Notes: generated by a model from the letters alone, not told the origin. A stretch of 64,000 bases of DNA from Thermodesulfovibrionia bacterium (GCA_030694425.1 JAUXYI010000079.1:59577-123576), one strand, 5' to 3'; counted from the first letter of the stretch, positions 9,512-22,290 are shown. Numbers and translations are program-made.

Positions 9512-10843
9512 ATGACATTTAAGATTCTTTTAGCAGAAGATGAAGAGATCACGTTAAACAATATTGTAGATACCCTTCGTGAGGAGGGCTACGATGTTTC
9601 GGGCACAAAGGACGGCGTTGAAGCCCTAAAGATGATAGAAAGCGACAATTTTGACATCCTGATAACCGATATAAAGATGCCGGGCATGGATGGTATTACG
9701 CTTCTTGAAAAAGTAAAAGAGGAATCCCCAGGGATTGAGGTCATAATTATCACAGGGTTTGGAAGCATCAGGTCTGCCATAGATGCCGTAAAAAAGGGGG
9801 CATTTGATTATATTACAAAGCCGTTTGACCTTGATGAATTGGTACTGAGGATAAGGAGAATAGAGGAACAAAAACGTTTGCGGAATGAAAATATTGCCTT
9901 ACGGACCTTCGTCGGCATTGATAAAAAACACTCTATCATAGCCAAAAGTGAAGGGATGAGGCATGTACTCAGCATGGTTGAAGAGCTGAAAGACTCGGAT
10001 GTCAATGTGTTACTTACAGGAGAGACAGGTGTGGGGAAAAACCTTATTGCAAGGACCCTGCATTACACAAGCAAAAGACATGATAAGCCCTTCCTCTCAA
10101 TCAACTGTGCTACCCTCACCGAAGAGCTTCTTGCGAGCGAACTCTTTGGCCACGAAAAAGGTGCCTTCACAGGAGCTGTTATGACAAAACAGGGGCTTAT
10201 TGAGATTGCCGATACCGGCACCCTCTTCCTTGATGAAATAGCGGAACTCTCCACGAATCTTCAGGCAAAACTTCTCAAGGCAATAGAAGAAGGAGAATTC
10301 TACAGGGTCGGAGGCACAAGGCCTATCAAGGTAGATGTTAGGTTCATTGCCTCTACAAATCAGAATGTAAAAAAGCTTATTTCTGAAGGCAGGTTCAGGA
10401 AAGACCTGTATTACAGGCTGAATGTCATGGAAATCTACATACCTCCTTTAAGGGAGAGATTTGATGATATAAAACCCATCAGTCTGTTTTTCCTTCAAAA
10501 ACATCTTCCAAAGTCGGGAAAAAAGATCACAGGCTTTACAAAAGAGGCGATGGATATTCTTTTAAGCTATAGTTTTCCGGGTAATGTGAGGGAACTTGAG
10601 AACATTATTGAGAGGGCTATCATCCTTGAAAAGAGCAATCTTATCACGTCAGAAAGTCTGCCACAGGCGATACGTGTTCTCCAGATTGACACCATAGACC
10701 CGGATAAAATATTGACCATTAATGAACTTGTGAAAGATTATGTTGAAAGGGTTGTAAAGATGCTCGGAGGTAACCGCTCTAAAGCTGCCGAGGTGCTGGG
10801 CATATCACGCACAAGCCTTTGGAAGATTTTAAAACAAGATTAG
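9512..10843 (+). CDS. Sigma54-dependent response regulator (NtrC/AtoC family)
   Basis: REC domain, GETGVGKN, GAFTGA, HTH. Confidence 0.95.
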   Translation: MTFKILLAEDEEITLNNIVDTLREEGYDVSGTKDGVEALKMIESDNFDILITDIKMPGMDGITLLEKVKEESPGIEVIIITGFGSIRSAIDAVKKGAFDYITKPFDLDELVLRIRRIEEQKRLRNENIALRTFVGIDKKHSIIAKSEGMRHVLSMVEELKDSDVNVLLTGETGVGKNLIARTLHYTSKRHDKPFLSINCATLTEELLASELFGHEKGAFTGAVMTKQGLIEIADTGTLFLDEIAELSTNLQAKLLKAIEEGEFYRVGGTRPIKVDVRFIASTNQNVKKLISEGRFRKDLYYRLNVMEIYIPPLRERFDDIKPISLFFLQKHLPKSGKKITGFTKEAMDILLSYSFPGNVRELENIIERAIILEKSNLITSESLPQAIRVLQIDTIDPDKILTINELVKDYVERVVKMLGGNRSKAAEVLGISRTSLWKILKQD

Positions 10844-10852
10844 TGTTTACAG

Positions 10853-10964
10853 TGTTCATATTCTAAACACACCGCCTCGTTTCTTTTCTCTTCTGAAATA
10901 TCTTTATAATTTAACAAGTTATCTTCCTTTTTCTGCATTTCAGATGATGTTTATATTCTAAACA
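10853..10964. promoter_or_regulatory. Candidate enhancer (UAS) pair
   Basis: TGTTCATATTCTAAACA at 10853-10869 and TGTTTATATTCTAAACA at 10948-10964. Confidence 0.65.
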
Positions 10965-11013
10965 CAATTTCCTGCCACTTATTTTTTATCCTTACTTTTC
11001 AACATGTTATATC

Positions 11014-11029
11014 TGGCATTCATTTTGCT
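11014..11029 (+). promoter_or_regulatory. Sigma54 -24/-12 promoter
   Basis: TGGCAT-TCATT-TTGCT consensus match upstream of 11056. Confidence 0.8.
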
Positions 11030-11055
11030 TCAGACTTCATGAGGAGATAGCCACG

Positions 11056-11559
11056 GTGAAAAAACAACTCTTGTTTGTTACCTATCAGAACGAAGGACCT
11101 GACGAAGGGTTGTCATACGCCATAGACCTTGCAAAGACACTTGACGAGGGCATAACGATATTGCTGGTCAAGTTAAGAAAGTTTAGGCAGAGGCTTGAGG
11201 ATATTATGGCTGCGGTTGCCTTTGCTGAAGCAGGTGAACATGAGACAGCAAGAAAGATTGCAAGTGGAGACGAAAAAGATGGCTCTCAAGAAACAATCAG
11301 CATCTTGTTGGAAAAATGCAAAAACTCTGGTGTAGATGTAAGTGTGCACACGGTTTTGGATGAGCCTGTGTCAGCAATCAGTAACTTTCTCAAAAAGAAA
11401 AGCACTATTGACATGGTGATTCTGAGTCCAAGTGTAATGAGGAATGGGAATCTGTCTGCAAGAGAACTTAAGAGACTCGTGAGAATAGCATCACGACCTG
11501 TTGTGACCATGACAAAACAAGAATTGCAATATACAAAAAATAGTATGGGGGATGATTGA
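11056..11559 (+). CDS. Degenerate USP-like protein with an internal FAEAGE motif
   Basis: GAGGAG RBS with GTG start; YAIDLAK, LEDIMAAVAFAEAGEHETARKI, RPVVTM. Confidence 0.75.
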   Translation: MKKQLLFVTYQNEGPDEGLSYAIDLAKTLDEGITILLVKLRKFRQRLEDIMAAVAFAEAGEHETARKIASGDEKDGSQETISILLEKCKNSGVDVSVHTVLDEPVSAISNFLKKKSTIDMVILSPSVMRNGNLSARELKRLVRIASRPVVTMTKQELQYTKNSMGDD

Positions 11560-12477
11560 ATGTATTTTTATCTACCTGTAGCTTTAACAAGTATTAACAT
11601 TTTAATCCCTATCGGTCTCGGTCTTGCAGTTGGCCTTCTTTCAGGGCTTTTTGGTGTTGGAGGGGGGTTCTTGATGACGCCGCTTCTAATAATGCTTGGG
11701 ATTCCTGCAACAGTAGCGGCAGCCACAGATTCCAACCAGATTGTGGCGGCATCAACTTCCGGGACATATGCCCACTGGAAGGTCGGAAATGTGGACTTCA
11801 AGATGGGCTTTTATCTTCTCATCGGAGGCTTTACAGGCGGGCTCTTTGGGGTTCAGACAATTAAGATTCTGAGGGCAATGGGAAATGCGGACTTTGTAAT
11901 AAAAATGACATATGTGCTTATGCTCGGCATAGTGGGTACTTATATGTTTATTGAAAGCCTTCAGAGCATAAGGAAGAAAGAAGCCATCAAGGAAGAACAA
12001 AAGTGCGAATCGAAGACAGCCAAGCTACTAAAGTCTTTGCCGTTTCAGACGCATTTTGAGAAATCCGGCGTCACGCACTCTGCCATTCTGCCGATAATTT
12101 TCGGCGGGATCGTTGGCATACTGGCTGCCATAATGGGGGTGGGAGGAGGATTTCTTATGGTGCCCGTCATGATATATCTCCTAAGGATGCCAATGCATGT
12201 TGTTGTGGGTACCAGCCTTTTTCAGATACTCTTTACCTGTATAGAGGTTACATTTCTTCAAGCTTATACTAATCATACGGTGGATTTTATCTTGGCAGTC
12301 CTTCTTCTTGTAGGCTCTACTGTTGGTGCACAAATAGGGGCTGTTTTCGGAAGAAAGTTAAAAGGCGAACAATTAAAGATTCTTCTTGCGGTAATCGTCC
12401 TTGCAGTGACTGTAAAGATAATATTTGAGCTTACCCTCACCCCTTCATTACTCTTATCACAGGCTGGAGGACAGTGA
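11560..12477 (+). CDS. TauE/SafE (TSUP) family transporter
   Basis: GLFGVGGGFLMTP and IMGVGGGFLMVP repeats. Confidence 0.9.
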   Translation: MYFYLPVALTSINILIPIGLGLAVGLLSGLFGVGGGFLMTPLLIMLGIPATVAAATDSNQIVAASTSGTYAHWKVGNVDFKMGFYLLIGGFTGGLFGVQTIKILRAMGNADFVIKMTYVLMLGIVGTYMFIESLQSIRKKEAIKEEQKCESKTAKLLKSLPFQTHFEKSGVTHSAILPIIFGGIVGILAAIMGVGGGFLMVPVMIYLLRMPMHVVVGTSLFQILFTCIEVTFLQAYTNHTVDFILAVLLLVGSTVGAQIGAVFGRKLKGEQLKILLAVIVLAVTVKIIFELTLTPSLLLSQAGGQ

Positions 12478-13313
12478 TGAAAATAGTCAGGAGTCGAGAG
12501 TCGGTAGTCATGAGTCAGAAAACAGGATATAGAATCAGAACCCTTATTGTCCTTGCTTTAATATCTATGCTCTATACCGTCTCCCCTTTGCTCTTTGCAG
12601 ACAAGGCATCGGCAGAACTCACGCTGGATATCAATCACAGTCATATAAAGATAGATTTTCTCTATCATGGAAGCGAAGTCTCTGTAAAAGGCACTGCTGA
12701 CAGAGGGACAGACCTAATTATTAAAATAACATCGCCTAACGGACACGAAAGTCTCAGGAAAAAGGGTAAGATTGCTGGTATTCTATGGATGAATGTAGGA
12801 CAAATTAATTTTGAAAATGTGCCGGGCTTTTACAGCATTCACAGCACAAAAGACATTAAGAAAATGTTAGACCCTGCTGAAATGGATAAGTATGGGATTG
12901 GTTATTCCGCCCTTGAAAAAAATTCAGAGATAACAGGTATAAGCGAATCTGACAGGAAAAAATGGTTTGCTGAGTTTCTGAAATATAAGAAGGGGGCAAA
13001 GCTTTATTCAACATCTGTAGGAATGATAGAGATTTCCGAAAAAGAGGGTATTCTGTCGTATTATACAAAAGTGTCCTGGCCCTATCAAGCCAAGCCAGGC
13101 GAATATAAAGTAACTGTCTATGCTGTAAAGGATGGAAAGGTGATTGAGCAGTCAGAAAAAACCGTGCTTGTCGAGCAGGTAGGCATAGTCAAGACCCTTG
13201 CCGATATGGCAAAGCAAAGCGGTGCTTTATATGGAATTATATCTATTGTTATAGCGCTTGGGGCAGGATTCGGTGTGGGAATAATATTCAGGAAAGGCGG
13301 AGGTTCACACTAA
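12474..13313 (+). CDS. TIGR02186-like exported protein with C-terminal TM anchor (usual TSUP partner)
   Basis: Signal-like N-terminus, KGKIAGILWMN motif, C-terminal TM; follows the TSUP gene. Confidence 0.75.
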   Translation: MMKIVRSRESVVMSQKTGYRIRTLIVLALISMLYTVSPLLFADKASAELTLDINHSHIKIDFLYHGSEVSVKGTADRGTDLIIKITSPNGHESLRKKGKIAGILWMNVGQINFENVPGFYSIHSTKDIKKMLDPAEMDKYGIGYSALEKNSEITGISESDRKKWFAEFLKYKKGAKLYSTSVGMIEISEKEGILSYYTKVSWPYQAKPGEYKVTVYAVKDGKVIEQSEKTVLVEQVGIVKTLADMAKQSGALYGIISIVIALGAGFGVGIIFRKGGGSH

Positions 13314-13314
13314 T

Positions 13315-14172
13315 ATGTTTAAGAACATTATAGTTGGATTTGATGATTCTGAATACAGCAAGGCAGCCCTTGTAGAGGTCTCAAACTGGGTAAGGAGACA
13401 TGGGGGCAAGATTACCCTTGTTCATGCAGTTTATTTTGATGAAGAGGAATTTGCCACTATCCCTGAGCAGCTCGAAAAAAGATTTGAGGTGGGTAAAAAG
13501 GTATGTTATCAGGCAAAAGAAAGGTTTTCAGCGGAGTTCGGGGTTGAGATAGATTCCCTAATATGCGAAGGAGAAGCACCCAAAGTCATACTGGATGTTG
13601 CAAGAGACAAAGGGGCAGACCTCATAGCAATGGGCACATACGGAAGAAAAGGCATAAAGAGGCTCATAATGGGAAGCGTAACATCAGGGGTTATTATAGA
13701 TTCTCCCTGCGATGTCCTTGTAGTAAAAAGACCCTGCAGTGAATGCACCGGTGAATACAGGTCGATCCTTGTGCCGTTTGACGGCTCAGACAATAGCAAA
13801 ACAGCCCTCGGCAGGGCTTTTCCCCTATCGAAAATCGACTCTGCGAGTGTAACAGTCCTTTATGTCATTCCCAGATATGAGGAGATGGTAGAGTTTTTCA
13901 GGACTGTCTCAATACAGAAAAGACTTCTTGAAGAGGCCAAGAGAATTACCGATGTGGCCGAGAAAATAGCCTCTGAAAGCAGTATCCTTGTCAAGACGAT
14001 TGTTGAGGAAGGACACTCGGGAGAAAAGATTGTTGAGACGGCAAGAAGGCTTAAAAGCGACCTCATCATCATGGGGAGCCATGGCTGGAGGGGGATTGAC
14101 AAGGCAATAATCGGAAGCACTGCAGAGAGTGTTATCTCCAACGCCTCAGTTCCAGTGTTAGTGGTGAGATAA
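13315..14172 (+). CDS. Tandem universal stress protein with a CxxC linker
   Basis: Two USP domains joined by RPCSECTG. Confidence 0.92.
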   Translation: MFKNIIVGFDDSEYSKAALVEVSNWVRRHGGKITLVHAVYFDEEEFATIPEQLEKRFEVGKKVCYQAKERFSAEFGVEIDSLICEGEAPKVILDVARDKGADLIAMGTYGRKGIKRLIMGSVTSGVIIDSPCDVLVVKRPCSECTGEYRSILVPFDGSDNSKTALGRAFPLSKIDSASVTVLYVIPRYEEMVEFFRTVSIQKRLLEEAKRITDVAEKIASESSILVKTIVEEGHSGEKIVETARRLKSDLIIMGSHGWRGIDKAIIGSTAESVISNASVPVLVVR

Positions 14173-14178
14173 GACATT

Positions 14179-14592
14179 ATGAAGGGTTACAGAAAAGTTC
14201 TTATAGCAGTAAATGGCTCTAAAAATGTCCTTGTTCAGGGTTTACAGCTTGCCAATGATGAAAAATGCTGGATAACTGTTATAAAAGTAATCCCCCACTA
14301 TGAAGGAGATTTAAACTTAACGGGTATCAAAAATATTGAGGATGTATTGGATAGCGGGGGAGAAAAAGCTGTCTCTGAACTTAAAGACCTGGCAGAGTCT
14401 GAGGGCAGATACATAAAGGCGAGACTGGAAGAAGGAGATATACATAAGAAGATTGTAGAAGTTGCAAAAGAGGAAAATTGTGACCTTATTATAATGGGAG
14501 CAAAAAAGCGAAATGGCATTAAAAAACTTTTTGGCGATAATGTTGTAAAAAAAGTTATAGATAACTCCCCCTGCCCCGTGCTTGTAGTTTAG
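14179..14592 (+). CDS. Universal stress protein (single domain)
   Basis: VLIAVNGS..DLIIMG..SPCPVLVV. Confidence 0.9.
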   Translation: MKGYRKVLIAVNGSKNVLVQGLQLANDEKCWITVIKVIPHYEGDLNLTGIKNIEDVLDSGGEKAVSELKDLAESEGRYIKARLEEGDIHKKIVEVAKEENCDLIIMGAKKRNGIKKLFGDNVVKKVIDNSPCPVLVV

Positions 14593-14689
14593 ACCCCGAT
14601 AGAAAACAGCAGCAATTCTAAATTTATCCTTGTTAAACCCCTCTGCATTTACATATAATTTGTAAGATAACAAAGCACATATTTTTATT

Positions 14690-15838
14690 ATGCCTACTAT
14701 TGAATTACAGATAAGTTTAGTCCTGCTGTTTGCACTTGCAGGTTATCTGCTGTCTTCAAGGATTAACCAGTCCGCTGTAGTCGGAATAATAGTAGTCGGA
14801 ATAATAATTGGTCCGAGCCTTCTATCTATTGTAGAGTATAGCGATGCTATTAAGATGCTTGCACATCTTGGCGCTATAATGCTCTTATTTGCAATAGGCC
14901 TGGAATTCAAAATCAAAGATATCTATCAGATAAAATATATCTTCATTGCATTAATTGGAATCATCCTTCCATGGATAGCAGGTTATTTCCTGGGGGATTT
15001 ATTTGGCTATGGATTTAAAGAGTCAATGTTTATCGGCGTTTCATTAACCGCAACGAGTATCGCAATTACAGCAAGCGTATTAAAAGAGATGAAGAAACTA
15101 AATACCCCTGCGGCAAAGGCAATAATCGGGGCAGCGGTTATAGATGATGTTCTCGGTTTATTAGCATTGTCAATTGCCATACAATCAGCAAAAGGAGATA
15201 ATATTGCAATCGCAGAAATATTAACAATAGCAGCAAAGTCAACAGTCTTTTTGATTGCAGGAATCCTCGCTGCACCATATATAAAAAAGTTATTTATAAA
15301 ACTTGATGAAAAGGGAGTTGCCAAAGAATTTCCTGATTTTTTATTTATCATGTCAATAATGTTCTGTTTTTTGTACGCATCTGTCGCCGAGATAATCGGC
15401 CTTTCAGCAATTGTCGGCGCCTTTTTATCAGGGGCAGTACTGGAAGGTATAAAGTTTAAAAACAGTAAAGACCTAAAAGAAGGGGCAGAATATCTGCATA
15501 TAATCTTCGGCGCAATATTCTTCATTAGTCTGGGAATACTGGTAAATTTGAAAGAATTGACATTCAACATATTACCGTTTTTTGTGATATTGTTATTCGC
15601 CGCTATATTGACAAAAGTTATCGGGTGCGGCATTGCCTCAAGGTTAGCCAGTTACAGCAAAAATGAATCGCTGGTCATTGGATTTGGAATGTCTCCGAGA
15701 GGCGAGGTTGCAATGATAATTGCATTAATTGGATTGACCTCTAATATTATAAATCAGGATCTGTATGTTTCTATCGTGCTTATGTCTTTGATAACTACGA
15801 TAATTACTCCAATTGTCATAAGAAACTTGAAGTGGTAG
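14690..15838 (+). CDS. Cation:proton antiporter (CPA2 family)
   Basis: TATSIAIT, AAVIDD and PRGE motifs; highly hydrophobic. Confidence 0.9.
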   Translation: MPTIELQISLVLLFALAGYLLSSRINQSAVVGIIVVGIIIGPSLLSIVEYSDAIKMLAHLGAIMLLFAIGLEFKIKDIYQIKYIFIALIGIILPWIAGYFLGDLFGYGFKESMFIGVSLTATSIAITASVLKEMKKLNTPAAKAIIGAAVIDDVLGLLALSIAIQSAKGDNIAIAEILTIAAKSTVFLIAGILAAPYIKKLFIKLDEKGVAKEFPDFLFIMSIMFCFLYASVAEIIGLSAIVGAFLSGAVLEGIKFKNSKDLKEGAEYLHIIFGAIFFISLGILVNLKELTFNILPFFVILLFAAILTKVIGCGIASRLASYSKNESLVIGFGMSPRGEVAMIIALIGLTSNIINQDLYVSIVLMSLITTIITPIVIRNLKW

Positions 15839-15938
15839 AAACAAAATTTCAAAAATATTGTATCTTTAGAACTCCGAGACAATGGAAATATTTTAAAAAA
15901 TAAAAATAAAATATAATCCTGATATCTTCAGAAATTTA

Positions 15939-16344
15939 ATGAAATCTAAAAAATATCCAAGACAAAATGTCGCTTTTCTGCTATGGCTAATAATCTTTGT
16001 CGTCATTGTTCTTTCAACCCCCGTCATGGGCAACTCCTGATTATGCAGAAAAAACAGCACAGGGCTGTAAAATCTGCCACATAAATGAGAAAGGCGGCGA
16101 GCTTTCAACTAAAGGGCTTGAATATTCAGCTTCAGGTTATGTATGGCCGCCAAAAGGCGGCTACAGGGTTCTTGGGCCTATAAGAAAGTCTGTAAGGTTA
16201 CTTATCGGAGTCCTTCATATAGGTGCAGCATTCATGTGGTTAGGCACAATACTCTACGTCCATATAATCCTGAGACCAGGATATGCCTCCCGCGGACTTC
16301 CTAAGGGTGAAGTTATTCTGCGACTCGCGAGGATGAATTATTGA
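15939..16344 (+). pseudogene. Frameshifted, 3'-truncated CxxCH cytochrome c / membrane protein
   Basis: Signal peptide from ATG 15939 is out of frame with ATPDYAEKTAQGCKICH; removing one C from the C5 run at 16018-16022 joins them; the ORF ends shortly after its first TM segment. Confidence 0.7.
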
Positions 16345-16376
16345 CTTGCTGAAACATGTAAGCTATTCTTTATTAA

Positions 16377-16823
16377 ATGGAACAGGTTGTAAGTACTAAT
16401 AGAAAAGCCTATCACGATTATTTTATAGAGGAGACCTGCGAAGCGGGTATCACACTTCTTGGTACAGAGGTAAAATCCCTGAGGGAAGGAAAGGCCAATC
16501 TCAAAGACAGCTATGCCCTTATAAAGGGGAATGAGATTTTTCTTCTTAACTGTCATATCAGCCCCTACAGTCATGGCAACATTCAAAACCATGACCCCCT
16601 GCGAACGAGAAAACTGCTTCTCCACAGAAAGGAAATAAATAAACTGTGGGGAAAACTTACACAAAAAGGACTCACGCTAATTCCCCTTAAGATATATTTC
16701 ACTAAAAAAGGAAAGGCAAAAGTAGAGATAGGGCTCTGCAGAGGGAAAAGACAGTATGAAAAGAGAGAGGTTTTAAAAGAAAAGGAAGCGCGAAGGGAAA
16801 TAGAGCGGCATTTGAAAAAGTAA
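16377..16823 (+). CDS. smpB: SsrA-binding protein
   Basis: [20 protein letters not shown]. Confidence 0.97.
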   Translation: MEQVVSTNRKAYHDYFIEETCEAGITLLGTEVKSLREGKANLKDSYALIKGNEIFLLNCHISPYSHGNIQNHDPLRTRKLLLHRKEINKLWGKLTQKGLTLIPLKIYFTKKGKAKVEIGLCRGKRQYEKREVLKEKEARREIERHLKK

Positions 16824-16922
16824 AATCAAAATGTAAAATGCAAACATCAAAATTAAGGAATTTTATTATTAAATTATTTTCTTCCGAAATTTTAATTTTT
16901 GATTTTTAATTTTTGATTTTTT
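16822..16922. repeat. Period-7 A-rich/T-rich inverted-arm spacer element
   Basis: A-rich heptads then AAAATTAAGGAA...TTCC then T-rich heptads; same layout at 19.2, 34.1 and 61.4 kb. Confidence 0.7.
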
Positions 16923-16924
16923 GT

Positions 16925-18145
16925 TTACTTATCCGTAAGCGCTGCAAGACCTGGTAATTCCTTCCCTTCCAGGAGCTGAAGGGCTGCGCCGCCGCCTGTT
17001 GAAATAAATGACATGCTTTCAGAAACACCCGACCTGCTTACTGCAAGGTCTGTATCGCCTCCGCCGACTATTGTGAGAGCATACGCATCAGCAACCGCAT
17101 GTGCGACTGCGAAAGTCCCGCGAGAAAAGGCATCTACCTCAAATACCCCCATCGGGCCGTTCCACAATATGGTTTTTGCATTAGCTATTGCTGCTGTAAA
17201 GAGCTTAACTGAAGCGGGGCCAATGTCAAGAGCCTTCCAGTTGTTTGGTATTTCCTGCACAGGAACAATCTTGGTCTCAACGCCGTATTCAACGCTTTGT
17301 GCAATAACACAATCTACAGGAAGATAAAACTTTATCCCCTTTGAAATAAGTTTTTCCATTATATTTTTTGCAATGCCAATCATATCATCTTCAACAAGTG
17401 AGTCTCCAACAACATAGCCCATTGCCTTTAAAAAGGTATATGCCATGCCTCCGCCTATTATTACCTTATCAACCTTGTTTTCAATGTTGATAAGAACCCC
17501 TATTTTACCGGATACTTTTGCACCGCCTAAAATGGCAACAAAAGGTCTTACAGGGCTATCAACAGCGCCTTTAAGGTACTCTATCTCTCTCTGCAGGAGG
17601 AACCCCGCAGCGGCGGGGAGAAATTTTGTAATCCCGACTATAGAGGCATGCGTCCTGTGAGCAGCCCCAAAGGCATCGTTAATATAGTAATCTGCCAGCT
17701 TTGCCAGAGATTTACTGAATTCTTCATCATTTTCTTCTTCTTCTTTGTGAAATCTTAAGTTTTCAAGCAATATGATATCCCCTTCGGACATCTTGCTTAC
17801 TGCTTCCTCAACTTCCGGACCAATGCAATCAGGCAGAAAAATTACCTCTTTCTTAATCAGGCGCTGAAGCCTTTTTGCAACTGAGCCAATGCTGTAGCGT
17901 TTATCCACAGCGCCCTTGGGCCTTCCTAAATGCGAGGCTAATATTATCTTTGCACCTTCATCAACTGCATAATTTATAGTCGGCAGCGTAGAGCGAATCC
18001 TTTTATCATCTGTAATATTAAGGTTCTCATCTAAAGGGACGTTAAAATCAACCCGTATAAAAAGACGTTTCCCTTTAATGTTCAAATCTCTTAGAGAAAG
18101 CTTGTTTAAAACCCCTTTGATAGGTATTGAATAATTATTCCCCAT
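16925..18145 (-). CDS. pgk: Phosphoglycerate kinase
   Basis: RVDFNVP, SHLGRP, GGAKVS, STGGGA. Confidence 0.98.
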   Translation of the reverse strand: MGNNYSIPIKGVLNKLSLRDLNIKGKRLFIRVDFNVPLDENLNITDDKRIRSTLPTINYAVDEGAKIILASHLGRPKGAVDKRYSIGSVAKRLQRLIKKEVIFLPDCIGPEVEEAVSKMSEGDIILLENLRFHKEEEENDEEFSKSLAKLADYYINDAFGAAHRTHASIVGITKFLPAAAGFLLQREIEYLKGAVDSPVRPFVAILGGAKVSGKIGVLINIENKVDKVIIGGGMAYTFLKAMGYVVGDSLVEDDMIGIAKNIMEKLISKGIKFYLPVDCVIAQSVEYGVETKIVPVQEIPNNWKALDIGPASVKLFTAAIANAKTILWNGPMGVFEVDAFSRGTFAVAHAVADAYALTIVGGGDTDLAVSRSGVSESMSFISTGGGAALQLLEGKELPGLAALTDK

Positions 18146-18150
18146 AATTA

Positions 18151-19510
<1,360 letters not shown>

Positions 19511-19512
19511 GT

Positions 19513-20070
19513 TTATACTTCCATTAGTTCTTTTTCTTTATGAGAATTGATTTCGTCAGTCCTTTTTATATAGGAATCCGTTAGTTTTTGTATTTCTTCC
19601 AGCGTTTTTTTGGCGTCGTCTTCGCTCATCTTTTTTTCTTTTTCCAATTTTTTAACTTCATCATTGGAATCCCTACGAATGTTTCTTACAGCTATTTTTG
19701 CTTCCTCAACCCTTTTATGCACCTGCTTTATAATTTGTTTCCTTCGTTCTTCAGTAAGAGGAGGAATGGCTATTCTTATAATCTTCCCGTCATTAGAGGG
19801 ATTCAAGCCGAGGTCGGATTTTAAAATCGCTTTTTCTATTTCCGCAATAATTTTTGGATCCCAGGGTTGTATTATAATCAAGCGGCTTTCCGGGACAGAC
19901 ATTGTTGCTACCTGATTAATCGGGGTTGGCGTCCCATAATAGTCAACTGTTATCCCCTCAAAAATACCCAGTGATGCACGTCCGGTTCTGATGCCTGCAA
20001 TGTCCTTTTTAAGCGATTCAATTGCCTTGTCCATCCTGTCTACAAGCTGTTTTCTTACTTCCCCCTGCAT
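19513..20070 (-). CDS. frr: Ribosome recycling factor
   Basis: [20 protein letters not shown]. Confidence 0.97.
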   Translation of the reverse strand: MQGEVRKQLVDRMDKAIESLKKDIAGIRTGRASLGIFEGITVDYYGTPTPINQVATMSVPESRLIIIQPWDPKIIAEIEKAILKSDLGLNPSNDGKIIRIAIPPLTEERRKQIIKQVHKRVEEAKIAVRNIRRDSNDEVKKLEKEKKMSEDDAKKTLEEIQKLTDSYIKRTDEINSHKEKELMEV

Positions 20071-20079
20071 CTCTATATT

Positions 20080-21415
<1,336 letters not shown>

Positions 21416-21433
21416 GCTGTCAGCTCCTCTCCT

Positions 21434-22195
21434 CTATGAGTCATTGACCATTTTTTCTTGCGCTATTTTTTCCTCTATAGCCTCTTTCTCAACAGATTCC
21501 TGAACAGTCTTATTAAAGATACTCCTGCCTTCAATAACTGCGTCAGCCATCTTAGACGTCAAAAGTTTTATTGCCCTTATTGCGTCATCATTGCCTGGTA
21601 TAACATGATCTATTTCATCAGGGTCGCAATTAGTATCAACAATTGCTACTATTGGAATCGACAGTTTTCTGGCTTCGGCAACTGCTATTCTTTCTTTCTT
21701 GGGGTCAACGATAAAAATAACTCCGGGAATAGTTGACATCTCCTTTATTCCGCTGAGGTTTTTATCAAGGCGCATTCTCTCACCCTCAAATTTAGCCACC
21801 TCTTTTTTAGTCAGAAGATTATAGGTGCCGTCTTCCTTCATTCTTTCAATCTTTTTCAATTTTTCTATGCTGCGCCTAATCGTTGAAAAATTCGTAAGCA
21901 CGCCTCCAAGCCAGCGTTGATTCACAAAATACGCCAGCGCTCTCTGCGCCTCTTCAGCAACTACATCCTGCGACTGTTTTTTTGTACCTATAAAAAGAAC
22001 CATCTCGCCCTTACTGGCAACATCCTTAATAAAATTATAAGCGTCATCAAGCATCTTAGTGGTTTTCTGAAGGTCAATTATATGGATGCCATTACGCTCT
22101 CCGAATATAAATCTCTTCATCTTCGGGTTCCATCTTTTTACCTGATGCCCGAAGTGAACTCCTGCTTCTAAAAGTTCTTTCATTGTTACTACCAT
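21434..22195 (-). CDS. rpsB: 30S ribosomal protein S2
   Basis: [24 protein letters not shown]. Confidence 0.98.
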   Translation of the reverse strand: MVVTMKELLEAGVHFGHQVKRWNPKMKRFIFGERNGIHIIDLQKTTKMLDDAYNFIKDVASKGEMVLFIGTKKQSQDVVAEEAQRALAYFVNQRWLGGVLTNFSTIRRSIEKLKKIERMKEDGTYNLLTKKEVAKFEGERMRLDKNLSGIKEMSTIPGVIFIVDPKKERIAVAEARKLSIPIVAIVDTNCDPDEIDHVIPGNDDAIRAIKLLTSKMADAVIEGRSIFNKTVQESVEKEAIEEKIAQEKMVNDS

Positions 22196-22290
22196 GAATC
22201 CTCCTTAGTTTTTCCTCCGTCCTTTCTCTCCAAATCCCGATAGTTCGGGACACTAATAGAGAGAAGATTAGGTGGACGTGTGTTTTAACC
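22196..22290 (-). promoter_or_regulatory. rpsB 5' leader (probable S2 autoregulatory structure)
   Basis: Minus strand reads ACACACGTCC...stem...GGACGGAGG...AAGGAGG; position upstream of rpsB. Confidence 0.5.

Noticed and set aside
15997-16344. 115-aa ORF as an intact gene
   Set aside because: Its start is an artefact of the frameshift; the real start and signal peptide are at 15939 in another frame
16320-16925. tmRNA (ssrA) next to smpB
   Set aside because: No tRNA-like ends or sufficient space on either side of smpB
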